A DNA stretch of 64,000 nucleotides from Callorhinchus milii (lineage: Eukaryota): assembly GCF_018977255.1 (NCBI RefSeq), contig NW_024704742.1, positions 19,222,001-19,286,000 on the forward strand. The letters are read 5' to 3'. The position numbers and the translations under genes are program-made. How positions within the stretch are numbered: position 1 is the first letter of the stretch; each line of letters opens with the position of its first letter. Shown piece after piece: positions 28,317-40,880 of this stretch. The notes under the pieces are model-generated. The model had not been told where the DNA came from and did not search any database. It was given only the letters and a program-made list of their open reading frames with translations.

Positions 28317-29030
28317 CTGGATCAAAACGCAAGATGTAGCAAGTCCACAGAATCTTATATTTGTACATATAAAAAATCATTCACAAGCAATCATAACAGC
28401 CAGAGTGTGTTTTTTTTATGGAGTAAATCTCGAAGGTTATTTCTATAATAATTATCTTTGCATTTGGTATAGCGCCTTTCGTGTGGGGAGGATGTTGCAA
28501 AATACTTCACGGGATTTACTATGAAGTGGAGGGCTGTGTTTGTAAGTGAGCATAGCAGCTCAGTTGCTCACAGCCAAGCCCCACAAAGTGAATGACCTAT
28601 TTTATTTTGGGATATATTGGTCAGGATACTAGGAGAAACTTCCTTCTCTTTTCAAATAATGCCATGGGATCTTTAACGTCCACCTGAACTTCTAAACGGG
28701 ACCTTAGGTTGATGTGTCAAAAACATAGCATCCAGCAGTGCATTGCAGTGCCAAACTGGACTATATATGAGTTCAAAGTCCCAATATAAAGCAAAAATAG
28801 GTGGTTTCACCCAACCAAGAAATAGCTTAGTGAAGCACAGAAGCAGTCTTCACAAATGCATGCATATGTTATTGTTATGGAGACCCACTATATAACATTG
28901 CAAGAGGGCTTCCTCCCACAGTGACCTAGCCTCCTCGTTCACTCTTCTGCACAGCTTGCTCTCCTCCACTCTCGATACCCTTGCTCCCCTCTCTTCCAGA
29001 ACCGTCTCCTATTCACATAAGTCACCATGG

Positions 29031-29351
29031 TAATAATAATAATAATCCTTGCATTTGATATAGCGCTTTTTCATGTCGGGAGGACGTCCCAAAGCGCTTC
29101 ACAGAACACACTGTAAAGTGAATTGACTGTGTATTTTGTGGGCGAACGCGGCAGCCAATTGCGCACAGCAATATCCCACAAGCAGTCGTAGATTGAAAAT
29201 GACCAATTTATTATTGTTTTTGTTTTTTTGGAGGGATTATTATTAGGCGTGTGGAGTAAGGAAACTTACCCAAGGTTTCGCCCTGCCTGGAATTGATCTC
29301 AGGTCTCTCACTTGCAAAGCGAGTGCTCTAACCACTAAGTTACAGGACTCC
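29031..29351 (-). mobile_element. Young tRNA-Ala DeuSINE inserted in L2
   Basis: Full copy; L2 sequence on both sides. Confidence 0.93.
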
Positions 29352-29807
29352 ACAATCACCTCCATTCCCTTAAAGTACAAGAGCGTGCCACTGAACGCAA
29401 CTGGATTAAATCAACCTTAACGGTCCATCGGCAGACCGAGGCTCTCCTGATTGGCTCCCTTCAGTGCCTCCACACCTCAGGCACTGACAGCATCATGATC
29501 CATGGTTGCACACTCCACCTTACTAAGCCAGTTTGGAACCTTGGCGTCTTGTTTGACCCTCAACTATCCTTTCTACCCCACATCTGTGCCATGACCTGCT
29601 CAGCCTTCCCTCACCTCCACAACATTGCCCGGCTCCGACACTACCTCACACTGCAGGCCGCCGAAACCCTCATACACGCTTTCATTGCATCGAGACTTGA
29701 CTGCAAACTCCTTGCTTGTTGGCCTCCCAACTCCTCCCTCCATAGGCTGTAGATCATCCAGAACTCTGCAGCCCGTGTCCTCTCCCGCACCAGACTCTGT
29801 GACCCTA

Positions 29808-30134
29808 TAATAATAATAATAATAATCCTTGCATTTGATATAGCGCTTTTCACATCGGGAGGACGTCCCAAAGCGCTTCACAGAACCCACTGGAAAGTGA
29901 ATTGACTGTGTATTTTGTGGGCGAACGCGGCAGCCAATTGCGCACAGCAATATCCCACAAACAGTCGTAGATTGAAAATGACCAATTTTTATTATTGTTT
30001 TTGGTTTTGGAGGGATTATTATTAGGCGTGTGGAGTAAGGAAACTTGCCTAAGGTTTCGCCCTGCCTGGAATTGAACTCGGGTCTCTCGCTTGCTTGCAA
30101 AGCGAGTGCTCTAACCACTGAGCTACAGGACTCC
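29808..30134 (-). mobile_element. Young tRNA-Ala DeuSINE inserted in L2
   Basis: Full copy; L2 ORF2 resumes at ~30159. Confidence 0.93.
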
Positions 30135-32254
30135 AACTTGTTTGACCCTCAATCAATTCTATCATCCCCATCCTCGTCCGACTTCACTGGCTTCCCATCA
30201 CACAGAGGATATAGTTCAAGATCCTGGTCCTCACCTTCAAAGCCCTCCATGTCTTGCTCCCCCCCATCTCTGTGATCTCCTAACCCACTACCATCCTGCT
30301 CGCTCCCTCCACTCAGCGGGCTCCAGCCTTCTTCATGTTCCCCGCCTCGCTCAACTCACTATTGGCAGGCAGACTTTCTGTCACCCTCTGGAACTCCATC
30401 CTGCAGTCCCTCCACCTCATCCCCTCCGTTGTCCTTCAAGACCCATCTCAAGACCCTCTTCTTCGACTGTGCATTTGATCACCCTGCTTCTCCCCTGCCC
30501 TCCACCCTCCCCAATCCCAACACCCAGCTCCGGTCTGAAACTCTCTCTGTCCAGAGCCTTGGGGGGGTCTTCCCGAAATGAAAGGCGCTATACAAATGTA
30601 ATTTTGTTGTTGTTGTTGTATGTTGCTTCAATTAATGATGGCCTTTGGAAATTGTAACTCTCTCTCTCGAGCAGTATATTATTCAGGTTTTCCAATAAGC
30701 AACAGAAACATGATATTTAACAGCATGCAAGCCTCACATAATTGTGAGATATTGTTGAGTTTCACTTGTCTTTTATGCTTTGCCTGTGAGACCACATGCT
30801 CTGCCTCTGCTGGGGAATCAATCCCTTGTAACAAAGCCTAAAAAGCATGCAAGGATGCACAAGTGAGAATTAGGTCTGCTGCTGCTGGATAAACTAAATG
30901 GTACACAACCCAAAAAAGGATCAGAGAAGTGTGCATTTTACATACAGTAATGGAATAGATTCAGGAAATGAAGAAAATATTTCAATACTCTTCATATAGG
31001 ATTCCGTTTGTGACCTTCTGAAGCAGAAAGTCACCTTGGGTGACACGATTCAGATACTATATGTTATTTAACAAGTTGATTGGTCCCTGACTGATCCTAT
31101 TTCTGTAGCTATTTTCCTATGAGGAAAACAACTCTAAAGTGAGAGATGTGTCTCATTTCTCTCAAGGCCATCTGTTGCTGCAGCAGGACAAACCTGCACT
31201 TACACTGGTTCTCATTTTAATAGCACCAATAAAACCAGGACAGACTGCACTATAGAGAATTGTACACTATTAGCTCACAAACAATCCTTTCTCTTAAATA
31301 CTCTCATTCAGTGACAATGATCCAGACATTTTAAATGGCTTAATTAACTGTGCCTTTGAATATTGCAGCATTAACACAAAGATCTGTACTTGACCATTAC
31401 TGGCAATTTAACTATCTTAAATAAGAAAAATAAAGCATTAAAACGTAAGGCACAAAAGCAATATTTAAAACTTTCTGGAGAATTGGAAACGAATTGCCAT
31501 CGCCTTGGGAAAAAATACAACTTGTTTACTGGATATTTTTACATTGAATGCTTAGGTACATTCCTGACTTCAGGAGATACCCACTGACTTGTGTTGTTGA
31601 TCTTCTGAAAACACTGAAGCTCAAATTGCATTCAGTGAAGCCATTCATTGAATGAGGGTCTTGATACAAGATACATGTGCAGAGTTGAGACAGAGGTCAG
31701 GTGGACAAATGTAGGTATTATAACAATAGTAATAATAATAATACTTCACAAAGCACTTCACAGGATGTACTGTAAAGTGGATTGACTGTGTATTTTGTGA
31801 GTGAAATGTAGCTGCCAGATGTGTAAAACAACATCCCACAAACAGTGAAGTGAGTGACCAATTTTTATTTTGGGAGAATGTTAGCCAGGACACCAGGAGA
31901 AACTCTTTTCAAATAGTGCCATGGGATCTTTAACATCCACCTGAATAGGCAGACAGACCTTTGGTTTAATGTCTTATCAGAAGGATAGCATCTCTGACAA
32001 TGCAACTCCCCCCACCCACCCCCCCAGCACTGCATTGAGGTGTCAGCTTAGACTATGTGAGTTCCAAGTCCCGAGGTGGGTCTTGAACCCACAACCTTCT
32101 GACTCAGAGATGAGAGTGCAACCACTGAGCCAGTCTGACTCACATAATAATAATCCTTGCATTTGATGTTCACAGCATTCACAGCAGAATATTTCAGAAT
32201 AATTCAGAATAACAGAACACAACAGCCTAAACTGAAGTAGTCTGCAATGTATTA

Positions 32255-32615
32255 AATAATAATAATAATTCTTGCATTTGATGTAGCGCTTTATCATGTT
32301 TTCTAGACGTCTCAAAGCGCTTCACAGAATATACTGTAAAGTGAATTGACTGTATTTTGTGGGAGAAATGCGGCAGCCAATTGCACACATCAGTGTCCCA
32401 CAAACAGTTGTGGATTGAGTGACCAATTTTTTTTAAGGGATTATTACCCCAGAAAAAGTTCACCAGCCATCAACTAACAACCGGATTCCTACTTACTGCT
32501 AGGTAAACAGGCGTGTGGAAGAAGGAAACATGCCCAACAGTTCGACCTGCCCAGGAATTGAACCCAGGGCCTCTCGCTTGTGAGGCGAGTGCTCTAACCA
32601 CTGAGCTACAGAACA
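32255..32615 (-). mobile_element. Older long-form tRNA-Ala DeuSINE
   Basis: As above, reverse complement. Confidence 0.88.
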
Positions 32616-33254
32616 TCACAATGCTTTTTAACTTCAAATTGGAGTCCATATAATTATTTTTAGGTAATTATCGGCAAAGAATATGACAAATTTTGTCTTG
32701 TGAAATTATTATCAATATAACAGAATATAGATTTTCTTCTAATATGTTGTCTTATAACATAGAGGACCCTAATCCTGTTGACTGAAGTCCAGGTTCATGA
32801 ACTCTAACGCATATATCCAGCGCCCAGTATTTACCTTATTTGGTATGCAGTGAAGGTAACTAGCTGCTGGTGAAACTCTGTACTTCCAACTCATGGAACC
32901 ATCACTCAATGGTTACAGATGCGTGTCCGAGCTATGGACAGGAGGATGATGGCAATGCTCTCATGCATTTCACACTGAGTTCTCCATTGCCAGAGAAAGC
33001 TCGCAGGGAGTTCCTATCCACCTAGTGAGGGCTCAAATCTGCATTTGTCAGATTAGTGACAATCCTTCTTGGCAGGAGGTAAGCAGGAAGCCCTTGGGGA
33101 TCTCTGATCCTGTCCTTATCAAATCAAAATTCTACCTAGTCTTCCCCTATAACGCCATTTTATCCCAACATTTTAATATCTAACAGGATTATGGAAATTT
33201 CTTCAATTCAATTTTAATTTAGAAACAAGGACTGGATAATTGGCTTCCAAATTA

Positions 33255-33397
33255 AAACCGAACTTATAACTTGTCCATAATTCTTTGCAATGTTAAGTTT
33301 ACATGAAAATGGCCCCTGGCATTTGCAAACAGCCATTTTCTAGTTGATAGTAATTGAAGGTGAGAAATGTATCTGAAATTTTCTCTCCCTAATCTAA
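33255..33397 (-). pseudogene. Exon-like segment, CUB-like module start of HECTD4/ZZEF1 type, frameshifted
   Basis: cctcag acceptor. Pieces LQMPGAIFM and AKNY/DKL in shifting frames recall HECTD4 VHIPGARCL...YDYDKL. Confidence 0.3.
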
Positions 33398-34764
33398 CTG
33401 AGGCCAGCCAACGCAGTAACAAACAGAGATAATTGCAATTTAGCAATAAGCCTGTTGCTTACACTTTCCCTCTGCTTATTTAGAAATATTCATACTATTC
33501 TAATTGTTATTAAATGGTCAGTCCCAATTGTATTTGCCCAGCAATAAGCCGCTATAGTTAGATCTCCTTCATAACATTAATGTCATGTCAAACTTCCACA
33601 TTGGGAGCAATTGGACACTCTCAATGCATCATATGCCTGACAGACAGTTGCTTTCACATAAGCTGCAGAGTGTTGCTGATGTCCTTCAGTGCCCGGCAAT
33701 TACTCTTCTTTGAAGACTTCTTTATACTCTGAAGCATAATACAGCCAGCAAAATTAATAGTTCTCATTCTCAGTCAATCTTCCTTCTAAATTAAACATTA
33801 CTTGTATTCTTTTTGAAAGTGTTATAAAAGCATCGATCAAGTGTAAGTAAGTTACATATGTTTCAAACCATTAACCCCCTGGCCCCTGCATCCTTGAAAA
33901 TGGTAGTGGAATGAGCCGCACCAGTGCTGAAGGAAAGGTTCACACCTTAATAGGTGAAATTAAAAATGGATTGTAATGTATTTGATGTGACAAATATCAT
34001 ATGCAGTAGTAGATAATAATAAATATATAGTGGTGTTATGAAGCATTACTAATTTCATCTTTGTAATCTCCTGGCATTTTCTGCTGAATGAGTATTTTAA
34101 TCTTTAAAGCATTGTATTTTTCCTCTTTCTTCCGATGTGAAAGAGGTTATATAAATGCAATTTGTTGTTGTTGCGTAGCATATATTTCATTTGAATACAA
34201 TATTCTCCCTATTAGTTCTAAACAAGAAACTTCTATTTTGTTCTGCTCTTCATTCGACCAGGCTCCCAACAGCTCTCCTGTTCTTATGTATTAGATCATT
34301 ATCTGAACATTTAACATCATACGAATATTTGGGAAAGGGTCTTAAATTCAGAATGAATTTGGCCAAAACAACAGCAGAAACCATCTTCACTTTTCAGATA
34401 GTCCTATGAAATCCTTAACAATCACCTGAACAGGTAGAATGGACCTCGGTTTAAATCTGATCCAGGGGATGGCACCTCAGACAATGCGATGGTCCCCCAG
34501 CACTGCATTGGCAGGTCAACCGAGACTATGAGATCCAAGTCCCGATGTGGGTCTTTCACCCACAACCTTCTGACTCAGAGATAATGGTGCTACCCATTGT
34601 GCCAGGCTGACACCTCAAATTCAGCTGATTTAATAGGATGGTTCAAACTGTTTTTCAGCCTTTAGTGAGTCAGGTAAGTATTGTTTCTGATTTAATACTT
34701 ATTTTCTGGGATGAACCTTTTTGTGAGTGGTATCAATCATGCTCAGGATCGTCCAGATTATGTT

Positions 34765-34902
34765 CGTCAGTTCTGATGAAAGGTCATAGATTTGAAAGAT
34801 TAGCTCACTTTCCTCTCTCCATGGATGCTGGCTGACCTATTGGCGTTCCCAATGACATCTGTGTTTATACCAGATTTCCAGCATCTGCAGTGTTTTGCCT
34901 TT
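34765..34902 (+). mobile_element. Penelope-like terminal repeat with degenerate hammerhead motif (other copies 27601-27725, 5995-6088; inverted pair ~5210-5345)
   Basis: CTGATGA-A-AGGTC-ATA-GATTT-GAAA core followed by the repeated TCTCTCCATRGATGCTG.CTGACC...ATTTCCAGCATCTGCAGT block. Confidence 0.55.
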
Positions 34903-35004
34903 CATCCAGATTATGGTATTTTAGAATGGTCATTGGATAACTACAATCTTCTCTTTTTTCACACGTCTAACATCCCATAAACCAGTCCTTGTGTCAGAGT
35001 ACAG

Positions 35005-35960
35005 TCTGGACGAGAGACAACTTTCTTCAGCTCAACGTGCGAAAAACCGAGGTCCTCCTGATTGGCTCACGTCAGCGCCTCCGCACCTCAGGCGCTGACA
35101 CCATCAGCATCCAAGGCTGCACTCTCCACCTCTCAAAGCCAGTCAGGAACCTCGGCGTTTTGTTCGACCCTGAGCTGTCCTTTCTCCCTCACATCCGCAC
35201 TACAACTGGCACCGCCTTCCATCACCTTCGGAACATCGCCAGACTACGGCACTACCTCACCCCTCACGCTGCTGAAACCCTGGTCCACGCCTTTGTCACC
35301 TCAAGGCTGGACTATGGGAACTCTCTCCTCGCCGGCCTTCCCGCCACCTCCCTCCACAAGCTGCAGGTCATTCAGAACTCTGCAGCTCGTGTACTGTCCC
35401 GCACCAGGCTTCGGGACCACATCACTCCCACCCTCGCTCGCCTCCACTGGCTCCCCATCCCCCAGAGGATTGATTTCAAGATCCTCATCCTCACCTACAA
35501 GGCCATTCACGGCCTTGCTCCCTCCTACCTCAACCTACTATCCCCCTACCTACCTGCTCATACCCTCCGTTCCTCCGGCTCCGGTCTGCTCCACGTCCCC
35601 CGCCCCAACCGCCCTACCATCGGTGGTCGGGCCTTCAGCCTCTCAGCCCCCAGGCTCTGGAACTCCATCCCCCAGTGCCTTCGCCTTGCTTCCTCCCTTT
35701 CCTCCTTCAAGGCCGGTCTCAAAACCTTTCTCTTTGACCGTGCCTTCAGCTCCCCTCTCGACTCTCTTCCCCCTCCTCGCTCCCTCCCTTCCCTCCCCTC
35801 ACCCTGACCATTTCCCCCCTCCTTGCTCCCTCCCTTCCCTCACCCTGACCATTTCCCCCCTGCTCGGGTCATGACCCAACTGTGCAGCGCCTTGGGACGT
35901 CCTCCTGACGTGAAAGGCGCTTTATAAATGGAATCTTGTTGTTGTTGTTGTTGTTGTTGT
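35005..35960 (+). mobile_element. Young L2 LINE, 5'-truncated, intact C-terminal ORF2
   Basis: Open frame NFLQLN..KTE..VRNLGVLFD..LVHAFVTSRLDYGNSLL..LHWLP..AFSLSAPRLWNSIP..FKAGLKTFLF, then 3' UTR and (TTG)n tail. Confidence 0.95.
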
Positions 35961-36091
35961 CTTTACATACCAATATGTTAATATTAATAGATGGATGCCC
36001 AAAGAGACAGATTTACATACCTTTCCTTTGTGATTCTTCTGATGCCTAGAAAATATTATTTTAAAATGGAGATCAGAAATTGCAATCTTAC

Positions 36092-36251
36092 CTTTGATTT
36101 CCACGCATCTAACATCTGTTAAACAACAGTATCTCATTTTGTAAGATAATTGATCGATGTCCAAATTTGCAGAATTAAAATACTTTTCATTGTGACTCAT
36201 CCACCACAGTACTAAATGTTCTTTCACAGTCTTTCCAAAGGCACTTTTAGA
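36092..36251 (-). pseudogene. Exon-like segment, 160 nt, open
   Basis: gttgcag acceptor and AG|gtaaga donor. Reads SKSAFGKTVKEHLVLWWMSHNEKYFNSANLDIDQLSYKMRYCCLTDVRCVEIK; the end loosely resembles a DOC/APC10 C-terminal strand. Confidence 0.45.
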
Positions 36252-37497
36252 CTGCAACGATCAGAAATAAATTAACTGTTTTTAGCTTCCATAATCGTCT
36301 ACTGATTACAGCACTGCTTGCTGTAGTACTAAACCATAAGAAAATATCACAGGTTCAGTACCTAGGCCCTTTTTGAAGTAGATCATATCAGACAGTACAG
36401 CAGATACAATTGGCCTTAGCATCCTGGGGAGGTGAACATATCGGCCAATGTTCATTTCTTCTAATTGCTCTACAGTGATCCCGGCTGGAAATGTATGTGA
36501 ATGCATTAGGTGAGCTCAGCTCTGTGCAAATTAGCTGCTGCATTTGCTGACAAAAGAGTCACTACATTTTACAGTAAATGCTGTGAAATACTTTGTGAAA
36601 TCTTCCTGATGTGAAAGGCGCTATATCAAATTGAATGGAATATTGTTTAATACTCCAAAAGAGAAAGGAGTTTCTTCTGGTATCCTGGCCAACAATGTTT
36701 CAGATCAAAATTTGGGAATTCACTTCTTGGCTGTTTGCGTGACACTGCTGAGCACAGATTGCTGCCGCAGTTACCAAGAAATACATCACTACAGTTTACC
36801 CTGTGAAGCACTTTGAGATGTTTCTCATGTTGGGGTAAAGCACAATATCAAATTGCAAACATTTATCTTTTTAAAATAGGAAATAAAATTTGAATCAGCA
36901 AATTGGTGTCAGCTGGCTGAATTTTTTTAATAATTCAGCTTTACAAAAGCTTTGATTATCTTTTCTTTTTACTGCTCTTTATCCCACTGTTTTTTCAGCC
37001 ACAGTTAAAATGTTATGACACTGTGAGAGTCTGGGAAAGAAACATATTGCAATGTTTCTTAACAGAAGCAATGTGTTATCAAATCTGTTATAAGAAACAT
37101 GAATAATTTTCACTACCCTCCCTTTGCCTTTTTAGCAAGAAATGAAGTAAGAATGTTTGAACCTGAAAAGTGATGGAAAAATATTTCAATTATTAACATT
37201 TCTGCAGGAATAAAACTTACTTATTTCAACAAAACTATATCATTCTATTCCCGAATGTGGGTCACTGATGATTTGACTTATGTTCTCTCACAGGTCTAGG
37301 TTTATACATTGTCAGTAATATAATAACAATAATAATAATAATAATCCTTGCATTTGATATAGCATTCAGATCTTCGAGACATCTCAAAGCGCTTCACAAA
37401 ATATACTGGAAAGTGAATTGACTATATTTTGTGGGTGAAATAGAATTGGCATACACAAATCTTAAGTAATTAACAAACAGTAAATCCTCAGCCTACT

Positions 37498-37917
37498 GGG
37501 AATCTGGAATTCGGACCTGGCCCAAAACCGAAAAATTAAATTAACAATTTCCGCAGGCCCAAAATGTTCACGAGTGTATATTCCCACCAGTCCAACTCCC
37601 CGAGCATGTGCCAATGTGTTGATGAGCAGTCCACGTGATGCCCATAGCTTTCATCTCACCATACTTGCTTACCTTCACAGTGGCAGCCTTCACAGTGTCC
37701 ATGTGTCCTGCTTTTTTGTGTTTGTTTTTGTGTTACACTCTAACACTAAGATTCTTTGTTCCGTAAAGCTGGAATCCTCAGAGCAGAAGATAGCTAAGTT
37801 TAACAAACGGTACATTCACACGTTAAAAAAGAACACAGTGCTGAAAACTGCCGGTAAATGCATTTCCAGGAGTAATTACACTTAGCCGGAAATTGCAGCT
37901 TGCTGGACCAGATTCCC
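37498..37917. mobile_element. Probable MITE / non-autonomous DNA transposon
   Basis: Perfect inverted pairs GGGAATCTGG (37498-37507) / CCAGATTCCC (37908-37917) and CAATTTCCG (37545-37553) / CGGAAATTG (37887-37895). Confidence 0.55.
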
Positions 37918-38799
37918 CCCCCCCCCAGAGCTAGCCTGGGCTTTTAGTCAAAGGATAAAGTCTCGAAGTGAAAAAAAAGATGAATTTCCAAATATCATGA
38001 AATTAAGATTTTTTTTAATTACAAGTGAAAGTCTTTTGTATTTAACCAAGAATGAATGTTTTGTTATCACATTATCCAGATTTGTATAATATTAATAGAT
38101 GCCAAGTTTCATCATATTAAAATAATATTATGGACTTAATAATTAAAAGATAAAAAGTTTACTCCAAGACTTGACAATTTCTGCCTCACTTCTAAACCAC
38201 ATTGTTTCACAGCTTAAAAAAAATTGCATCTTTCACTTTACCCATCAATGCAGGAGAGATTCTGAGTGTCAAGTGCTCTGAGAAGCTACTCTACATGAGG
38301 GGTACTGTATAAATCTCAGTTGTTGTTGTTGTCAGCCCAACACACAGGGATTCATAAAATGCAGCTTGTTTGCATTAGCAGAGCAGTGTCAGTGAGATGA
38401 TTGAAAAGGACAGGCTACGTATGTACGTACGCCAAAGGCTGAAGGTTAATAATGTCAGAAGGTGATGGAATGAATCCAGGTTGGGCCGTCCAAAACTGAG
38501 ATGATAGAACTGTGTGCGTCAAAAGCCAATTGGAAGTGTGACAGTGAGAAAAGCTTGTTGAAGAGAGACCACAATGGCAAGATCCTGCTTGGTGATGACT
38601 GACGGCCATCAACACAAACCCTGTGTGGAATAGATCTGGCGAATCTATCCTGATTTGGTGAATATATTGGATGTTACCCAATTTTTCACAGGGATTATTT
38701 ATTTCATAGCCCTGCAGGTCTGCTGCATCTCCATTAATTGAAGGAATAAGAAATTAAAAATATACAGAAGAAGCGTACTTAGTGTAGGCTGTATCGATA

Positions 38800-39160
38800 G
38801 TGAGTTTATCCATTGAGTAATTAAGCTATCCAGACCAGAATGGTTCCCCAGTTCACCGCTGACCTATGTAGAGGTAGATATTTTCAACCAAGCTGACAGA
38901 AGGGGCACTGCAATTGTTTGGGAAGTGAAGAGGGAACCAGCCAGGATTCCCACTCCCTATTGCTATCCAGTGAATCCTTCTGAAGGTTCGCACGTCCTAA
39001 TATTAGATGAGGACAGAATTAGGCTCAATTGTGATGCCCTTCTCATGATCAAATAATCTGTTGAAAATCACTGTGAATGGTCAAACATGAATAATGGCCA
39101 CCTGGGCAAAGTACCACAGGACAATTAACAGCTGTGGAACTGAACCCCATTGGAAGGAAA
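38800..39160 (+). repeat. Unclassified dispersed repeat, SINE-like; related copy ~36330-36515
   Basis: Shared CAATTG...CAGTGA.CC..CTG.A...GTGAG/ATGAG blocks between the two sites. Confidence 0.4.
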
Positions 39161-40499
39161 AAGGAGTAAAACATTTATAGAAGGGGAAGGGAACGGAAAA
39201 ATGTAATGATAACTCTAGCCAGAGCAACTAAAGGAAAGTGGGGCCTTAGAGCATAAACAGTAAAAACATGCAGCACATTCCAGCTTCCGCATACCATGCC
39301 ACACAGTGTTTGGAAGCAGCATCGTATCCAGAATTGATCATACAGCAAGTTGCTTGTCTGTTCATCATTATTAAGAATTACCAAGCAGAAGCGAAAGTGA
39401 AAGGCAATAATAGATTGATGTCTTAAATTCTCATCTCAACATCTGTTACAGTTTCATGGCGAACTCAGACAGTGTGATGAGTTTAATTGACACATCTGCC
39501 ATTTGATTCCCCATAACATATCTCCCCAATTTATTACTTATACTTTCCTGATCTTTCAAGTATATTTCAGATCTTCTTGTGTTGACTACAACCTGACCTT
39601 CTCACCATCTCCTGCTAAAACTAATTTTCTTTTCCTCTTCTGACCTTTGGTACTCATCCCAGCTTTCTTTGCTTTCTGCTTCCTTGTATCTTTCAAAATA
39701 ATTCTGCTTAGCCTGCGGGTTATTTTTGACCTATTTATTCACCCACTGCAGTTTTGGGTTTGCTATTTCCTTCCTTTTCTCACAGTGACACATTTGTTTT
39801 CCACATGCCTTAAAATAGCCTTGGAATAATTATTATTTCCTTCATTTGTTTTACTTTCTTGATCATCCTTAGAGCTATGCTCAGAACTTCAAAATTTGAC
39901 TTATAAAGTCTTCTCTCTATTGCTATGCTATGTTGGTATTAGTCTTCTTTAATATGTTATAAAATGTAGACGTACTGTGCAATCTCGACTGGACCTAATA
40001 CATTCAACGGCAATTAGGTAACTGATCAGCTATGATGGGCTGTTAATACAACAATGTTTCATGGATTCATAGAAATTAAGAAGGGAGTTTTTTCCCAGTG
40101 TCCTGGCCAACAATCCCCCAAATAAAATCAGTCATTCACTCCAGGCTTTGTGTGGGACATCATTGTGTGTAAATTGGCTGTCACATTTGCCTACAAAAGT
40201 AACGGAAAGTCACTCCACCTTACAATGAATCCTATGAAGCATATGGGGACTTATTCCTGAAGTGAAATTAGCTATAACTAATGCAAGATTATTATTATTA
40301 TTAACTTTACAGAGAGAAAGAAAGACATTCAGCCCATCAGAGCAAGGTGTTAATTTAATCCCACTGCCCTGTCTTATCTCCACATCCCATGGAGTCTTTG
40401 GCTCTATGAATCCTCAATTCCACTTTTCGCTAACTGCAGTGAATGTGAAAATTTTCATAAAAGGAGGCATAGCATATCAGGATTTCAGATGAATGAATT

Positions 40500-40820
40500 A
40501 TTTTTTCACGTATAACCCAGCTCCCAAAATATCTCCTCCAGATAAGGATTAAAAAGCATCAGTTGAAAACAATCCAATGAAATGATAATTCCAAGTTTGG
40601 ATATAGCAGCATTGATGAGCAACTGGAACTTGCATTGAACCATTTTCTGTCAATTCTAAAATTAACATGAACATCTCCAACTTGTGAACAGTCATGCCAT
40701 GTAATAAGTGTGTAAAACATGGTGATTTAAGAAGAGATTTCCTGATTGAGGAATGTGAGTTCGGCAACTTTGGTTAACTGGATGTATAGCATGCTCATCA
40801 TAGAGACACGTGGAAACTCT
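40500..40820 (-). pseudogene. Exon-like segment
   Basis: Unique sequence with protein-like stretch KFQLLINAAISKLGIIISLDCFQLMLFNPYLEEIFWELGY. Boundaries unclear. Confidence 0.3.
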
Positions 40821-40880
40821 GCTCTCACAGTATATCACATTGGAAGAAGCTCCCATAAGTACACATGACGTACTTCTGTT

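Larger units (their letters stand above)
28905..30620 (+). mobile_element. L2 LINE, internally deleted, carrying two SINE insertions
   Basis: Similar to 6830-7010, then jumps to the KTE/NLGVLFD region; L2 tail at ~30580-30620. Confidence 0.88.

Noticed and set aside
35780..35862. Short tandem duplication in the L2 3' UTR
   Set aside because: Ordinary slippage in a pyrimidine-rich tract.
36306..36506. Minus-strand ORF HTFPAGITVEQLEEMNIG... that looked DOC-like
   Set aside because: Lies within a dispersed repeat similar to 38800-39160.
37673..37776. Exon-like segment with gtaagc donor
   Set aside because: Inside the candidate MITE; translation uninformative.
38415..38681. Minus-strand 88-aa ORF as a host exon
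   Set aside because: The + strand reads GRPKLR**NCVR, resembling an RTE-LINE C-terminus, so a LINE remnant is more likely; too weak to call either way.
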